From an uncultured Fusobacteriales bacterium (GTDB taxonomy: Bacteria; Fusobacteriota; Fusobacteriia; Fusobacteriales; Leptotrichiaceae): a stretch of DNA of 32,044 nt. The stretch spans positions 1 to 32,044 of the forward strand of contig CAYYAV010000001.1 of NCBI GenBank assembly GCA_964469865.1, written 5' to 3'. The notes beneath the pieces were generated by a model. The model saw nothing but the letters and a program-made list of their open reading frames with translations, ran no database searches and was not told the origin of the DNA. Shown here piece after piece: positions 27,463-32,044 of the stretch; position 1 is the first letter of the stretch; each line of letters begins with the position of its first letter. The position numbers were made by a program, and so were the translations under genes.

Positions 27463-30400
27463 ATGGGAAATGCCCTTGTTAATGCAGGAAAGATATCGGT
27501 ATTAAAAGAAATATCATCAGTCAGCATAGACAATACGAAGGAAATAGTGTCAGGAAAAGGGATAAGGACAGGAAATATAAAGAACAGTGGAACACTTCTG
27601 ACAGCAGAAAAACTCAATGTAAGCGGTAATGTAGATAATAGTGGAACACTGGAGGCACAAGAAATAAAAGTAAAAGGTAGTACATTCAGTAATAAAGGAA
27701 ATATATCATCAGACAATATATCAGTGGAAGTAAGGGATACAAGAAATGATGGGAGAATATTATCATCAAACGATATAGACCTGAATACAAGGGCTTTAAC
27801 AAATACGAAAGAACTACTGGCAGTAAAGGACATAAAACTGGATAATGCAAAACTGATAAATACAGGTGAGATAGCCTCGAATAACAGGATATCACTGAAT
27901 AATACAGATACCTGGAACAGTGGCAAGATATTATCAAACGGCGAGGTGTCATTAAATAATTCAGATATCAGCAACAGAGGAGAAATACTGTCAGGCAGGA
28001 TAGAAATGCAAAATTCAACAAATTATGATAACACAGGGAGTATAAAAGGAAATGATGTAACCCTGACTACCACAAAAGATATAAACCTGATAGGGAATCT
28101 TCATGGGGAAGACAGTCTGACAATAAAGGGAAATAATATATCAAATAATGGAATGACAACAGGAAAAGGTCTGATGGATATAAGTTCAAATGACTTTACC
28201 AACAATAAGGAGCTGTCATCAAAAAATCTGATAATAAATGCAGCAGGAAATATATTAAACAATAATATACTTGGTGGAGAAAATGTCACATTAAAATCTA
28301 AAAACTTTGATAATAGGGATATGGTGGCAGCAAGCAATGACCTTAATATGGAAACATCAGGGAATATAGTAAACGGGAAGAGAAATGTAATATATTCAGG
28401 TAATAGTGGAAAACTTAAAGGAGCCGATATATTAAACCTTGAGGGAGAAATATTAGGAGGCAATTTAGAGCTGAATGGGAAGACAGTAGTAAATGAAGTA
28501 GGGTTAATACAGGCAGAAAAAAACCTGAAAATAGAGGCACCGGTATTTAAGAACATAGGTAGAGTAACGGATTTAGATAAATATGAAACATATTATGAAA
28601 CCTGGGACGGAAGGGAACTTAGTGAAGAGGAGGCAACAAAGAAATGGGTGATACATTATGAGCCCCGTTCCTGGAAAGGGAAGGATGCAATAAGATATCA
28701 GGAGCAGTGGTTTGATGAACTGGCAATGTATTCAGGAGCTCAGACAGGCTATGATTCATATATATTCAGTAAATCAATAAACAGTGTAAAAAGGTTTTTA
28801 GGACTGGAGGGGGATTACTTTGTCTTCACTAATACAGCTGAAATACCTGTAAAGGCACTGGAGGGCAGGATAAGAAGTAAAGCGGTTACAGAATATGGAA
28901 GGGTGATAGCCGGTCAGAATATATCAATAGATACATCAGAAACAATGAACAGGGACGGGATAATATCAGCAGGGAATGTGGTGTCAATAAAGGCAGACAG
29001 GATAGACCACAGTTCCACATTAGGAAATGGAGTGCAGCTAAAGGACGGAAGGGAAAAGGTATATATACACTATAAGAACAGCAGTACGGATTCCACCAAT
29101 GCCTATCTGGAAAGGGAGCTTGTGCCGGGTGGAACAGGATACATAACAGGAAGTCCGAGTGTAATAGAGGGGAAAGCTGTACAGGTGGACAGTACAAAGA
29201 TATTACCCCAGAGCATACCTGAAGCAGGCGGGGTGTTAAGACAGACTCTATCAGGGGGTCAGGGGATATTGAAGAGCATAGGTGAAAGAAACGGGATATC
29301 CTCAAGGAATACAAGTATACAGATAGCAGGGAATATACAGAATATATCCAATGTAATAGATACAGGGGTAATAAAGATAAACCCTATACTAAGTAATTCC
29401 ATGTTCAGGGTAAGCGTAGACCCGAGCTCAAAATATCTATTGGAGACTAGAGGGGAATATGTCAATCTGGCAAATTATTTGGGAAGTGACTATTTCCTGA
29501 CCAGGGTATCCTATACGGAAGACTGGAACAGGGCAAAAAGACTGGGGGATGCATACTATGAAAATCAGCTGATAACAAGGGCATTGAATGAAAAGCTGGG
29601 GACATCCTTCCTGAATAACAGAAGCGGCACAGAATTAGTTCAAAGCATGCTGGATAATGCTGTTACGGAACAGAAGAGGCTTGGACTGGAAGTAGGGAAG
29701 GAATTAACAAAGGAACAGATAGAAAATTTAAAGGAAGACATAGTATGGTATGTGGAAACAGAAGTGAATGGTCAGAAAGTATTGGCCCCACAAGTATATT
29801 TAAGCAGTAAATCAAGAAATTCTTTGGAAAAGGATGACAGGGACAGAATAGGCGGTATAGAATATACAGAAATAAAGACAAAGGATCTGGAAAATAAGGG
29901 AGTTAAACTGGGGAATAAGGGTATAACGATAGTAGAGGCGGATACAGTAAGGAATGAAAGTATATCAGACAGACTGTCAGAAATAACAGGAGACATGACA
30001 ATAGTAGAGTCAAAGGGAAATATAGAAAATATAGGCGGCAGAATAGCAGGAAACGAAGTGGCAGTACTGAAATCGGAGACAGGAGATATACTGAATAAGG
30101 GACAGAAGCTGGGTACGGAAATAAATAATGGGGAATATGACAGGACAAGATATGAACAGGTAGGAAATGTAGGATTAATACAAGGAAATAAAGTGATACT
30201 GGATGCAGGGAAGTATACATCTGAGGGTGGAGTACTGCTGTCAAAGGAACTGGAGACGGATGTTGACAGGATGGAAATACGGAGCCAGGAGCTAGCCGGA
30301 AGTGATAAGCTTGGTACAGGAGGAAAGAACTATAGGACATTTACATCAAAGGAGTATGTAGGAAGTGCAGTAATATCTGAAAGAGCAAGTGGCAGAATAG

Positions 30401-32044
30401 GGGATCTGAATATAGAAGGTTCAGTATTTGAGGTGGAAGACGGGAAAGGTCTGGATATAGGGAGTGTGAGAGTAGAATCATCAGTAAATGAATATGATGA
30501 GTTCAGCCTAAATGAGAACAGGAATACGACATCAAAGAGCAGCAGGAAGACAGAGAGCCATAGTGAAGAGAATGTGGCAGGAACATTCAGGGTGTCAGAT
30601 GCAACAATCCATGGAAGTGTAACAGGTATAGGAAGTAACATAGACCTTGGAGAGAACACATATGTGGGAGGAAAAATAACTACAGACTCGAGACAATTAC
30701 ATAACAGTTACTATGAGGAGAACAAAAGAAGCGGGTTTAGTGGAAGTATAAGTGGAGGAAGCGTATCATTAGGGTATGGAAAAAGCAGAAATACTTATGA
30801 TGAGAAAAGCTTGATAAATGCAAGGTCAACCTTGCTGATAGGAGATGGAAGCACACTAAATAACGGAGCAGAGATAACAGCTACGAACTTTGCACATGGA
30901 AACATTTCAGTAAACAATGGAGATGTAACATATGGAGCAAGGAAGGATACAGTAGATGTAAAGACTACTTCAAAAAGCAGTAGTTTTGGAGTGTCAATAG
31001 GGATAAAGAGTCCGATACTGGATAGGATAGAACAGTTAAGAAGTACAGCTTCACAAGTGAGAAACGGAGATACACTTGGTGGCGGAGTAAATGCCGTTAA
31101 CTTTGTAACAGGAACAATATCAGGACTTGCTTCCAATCAAGGGAACAGACAGACAAAACATGATTCAAATGGGAGCGTAGGGAAAAACGGAGCAAAGGAT
31201 GCTAAGGCAAACAATAACTTCTATGCCAATATAGGGGTGAATGTAGGATACAGCAGCTCCAGAAGTGAAACAAGCTCACACAATGAAGGGGCAGTGGTAA
31301 CAACAATAACAGGACTGCAACCTGACTCTACAATAACCTACAGCAATGTAAGGAACATAACGTATCAGGGAACACAGGCAAGAGACACTACAGCTGTATA
31401 CAACAATGTGGAAAATATACGAAAGGAAGCAGTAGAACTGAATAACAGCTATTCCTCAAGTTCGAGCAGCAGAGGTATAAGTGCGGGAGCAACCATAGGT
31501 TATGGAAACGGAGTACAGGTAACAGGAAATGGAGTAAGTATATCGGCTTCAAGAAGTAATTCCAATACGGTAGAAACAATATATTCAAATGGAAACTTCC
31601 GGGATGTGAATGAAGTACATAACAATACAAAGAATATGACATTAAGAGGATTCAACCAGGAAGGTGGAAAGGTAACAGGAAACATAGGAAACCTTGAGGT
31701 GACATCACTACAGAATAAGAGTACAACAACAGGAAGCAGCAGTGGAATAAGTATAGGAATAAGTTCAAGCGGGATACCTGACTCTATAGGACTGGACCGT
31801 AGCAGTACAAACGGAGAAAGAGCCTACGTGGATAACCAGAGCAGCTTTATAGTTGGAGAAGGAAGTAATCTTCATGTTGGAAAAGCTACTAATACAGGAG
31901 CAGTAATAGGAAAGCAGGTAGAAAACTCAACTTTAAAAATAGAAGAATATATTGGAAAAGACCTTAATAACTATGATACAATGAGGACAACAGGAGGCTC
32001 TATAGGACTACAGACGGGAAATGTACCACTCTCAAATATAGGCT
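27463..32044 (+). CDS. Filamentous haemagglutinin / CdiA-like (TpsA-type) repeat exoprotein; 3'-partial (runs off the window) and apparently lacking the N-terminal signal peptide and TPS domain
   Basis: I translated this frame by hand. It is open from ATG 27463 (preceded by in-frame TAG 27457-27459) to the window end, 1527 complete codons, and is absent from the ORF track only because there is no stop. N/G/S/I/K-rich beta-helix-type repeats (e.g. GNIKNSGTLLTAEKLNVSGNVDNSGTLEAQEIKVKG). Conserved FhaB/CdiA block LETRGEYVNLANYLGSDYF...KRLGDAYYENQLI...DIVWYVE...VLAPQVYL (29431-29802). Fil_haemagg_2-like G-x-S-x-G repeats are present from about 30.7 kb. Confidence 0.85.
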   Translation, partial: MGNALVNAGKISVLKEISSVSIDNTKEIVSGKGIRTGNIKNSGTLLTAEKLNVSGNVDNSGTLEAQEIKVKGSTFSNKGNISSDNISVEVRDTRNDGRILSSNDIDLNTRALTNTKELLAVKDIKLDNAKLINTGEIASNNRISLNNTDTWNSGKILSNGEVSLNNSDISNRGEILSGRIEMQNSTNYDNTGSIKGNDVTLTTTKDINLIGNLHGEDSLTIKGNNISNNGMTTGKGLMDISSNDFTNNKELSSKNLIINAAGNILNNNILGGENVTLKSKNFDNRDMVAASNDLNMETSGNIVNGKRNVIYSGNSGKLKGADILNLEGEILGGNLELNGKTVVNEVGLIQAEKNLKIEAPVFKNIGRVTDLDKYETYYETWDGRELSEEEATKKWVIHYEPRSWKGKDAIRYQEQWFDELAMYSGAQTGYDSYIFSKSINSVKRFLGLEGDYFVFTNTAEIPVKALEGRIRSKAVTEYGRVIAGQNISIDTSETMNRDGIISAGNVVSIKADRIDHSSTLGNGVQLKDGREKVYIHYKNSSTDSTNAYLERELVPGGTGYITGSPSVIEGKAVQVDSTKILPQSIPEAGGVLRQTLSGGQGILKSIGERNGISSRNTSIQIAGNIQNISNVIDTGVIKINPILSNSMFRVSVDPSSKYLLETRGEYVNLANYLGSDYFLTRVSYTEDWNRAKRLGDAYYENQLITRALNEKLGTSFLNNRSGTELVQSMLDNAVTEQKRLGLEVGKELTKEQIENLKEDIVWYVETEVNGQKVLAPQVYLSSKSRNSLEKDDRDRIGGIEYTEIKTKDLENKGVKLGNKGITIVEADTVRNESISDRLSEITGDMTIVESKGNIENIGGRIAGNEVAVLKSETGDILNKGQKLGTEINNGEYDRTRYEQVGNVGLIQGNKVILDAGKYTSEGGVLLSKELETDVDRMEIRSQELAGSDKLGTGGKNYRTFTSKEYVGSAVISERASGRIGDLNIEGSVFEVEDGKGLDIGSVRVESSVNEYDEFSLNENRNTTSKSSRKTESHSEENVAGTFRVSDATIHGSVTGIGSNIDLGENTYVGGKITTDSRQLHNSYYEENKRSGFSGSISGGSVSLGYGKSRNTYDEKSLINARSTLLIGDGSTLNNGAEITATNFAHGNISVNNGDVTYGARKDTVDVKTTSKSSSFGVSIGIKSPILDRIEQLRSTASQVRNGDTLGGGVNAVNFVTGTISGLASNQGNRQTKHDSNGSVGKNGAKDAKANNNFYANIGVNVGYSSSRSETSSHNEGAVVTTITGLQPDSTITYSNVRNITYQGTQARDTTAVYNNVENIRKEAVELNNSYSSSSSSRGISAGATIGYGNGVQVTGNGVSISASRSNSNTVETIYSNGNFRDVNEVHNNTKNMTLRGFNQEGGKVTGNIGNLEVTSLQNKSTTTGSSSGISIGISSSGIPDSIGLDRSSTNGERAYVDNQSSFIVGEGSNLHVGKATNTGAVIGKQVENSTLKIEEYIGKDLNNYDTMRTTGGSIGLQTGNVPLSNIG

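Noticed and set aside
27423-31685. A chain of minus-strand ORFs in the track (183, 88, 151, 142, 68, 72, 74, 145, 109, 113, 84 and 61 aa) covering the last 4.6 kb.
   Set aside because: All lie antisense to the single uninterrupted plus-strand frame 27463-32044. Their products are low-complexity S/L/F/P/I-rich strings with no SD sequences. A very purine-rich coding strand produces stop-poor antisense frames, so these are shadow ORFs, not genes.

Overview
This is a low-GC bacterial chromosome segment with a purine-rich coding strand. Its gene content looks like a Fusobacteriota-type diderm: a tamB-bamA-lpxD outer-membrane cluster directly after mnmG-rsmG-parB, plus luxS, pcp with DUF969/DUF979, and a DUF1667-type flavoprotein trio. 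The taxon is inference only. Positions 1-27.3 kb hold ordinary core genes in two divergent blocks, minus strand 115-8138 and plus strand 8605-27264, separated by a 466-bp AT-rich intergenic region. I saw no rRNA, tRNA, CRISPR array, transposase or integrase, toxin-antitoxin pair or recognisable defence gene. The one accessory-looking element is absent from the supplied ORF track because it has no stop codon inside the window. It is a single open plus-strand frame from ATG 27463 to the window end (1527 complete codons) encoding a filamentous-haemagglutinin/CdiA-like (TpsA-type) repeat exoprotein. It begins abruptly inside the beta-helical repeats, with no signal peptide, no TPS secretion domain, no Shine-Dalgarno and no tpsB partner upstream, yet it sits behind a near-consensus promoter. 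Other second-look items are listed below.
- A perfect 14-bp tandem duplication frameshifts the tail of a lipoprotein gene.
- A 39-bp in-frame tandem duplication lies in bamA.
- An AfuA/FbpA-like solute-binding lipoprotein is co-oriented with a glycerol-3-phosphate-dehydrogenase-like flavoprotein trio and has no ABC permease or ATPase.
- A 10-3-10 palindrome lies in that operon leader.
- A glutaredoxin-like domain is fused to a DsbD/CcdA-like membrane domain.
I do not see convincing evidence for a wholly new multi-gene system in this window. All family assignments come from motif recognition by eye, not from searches.
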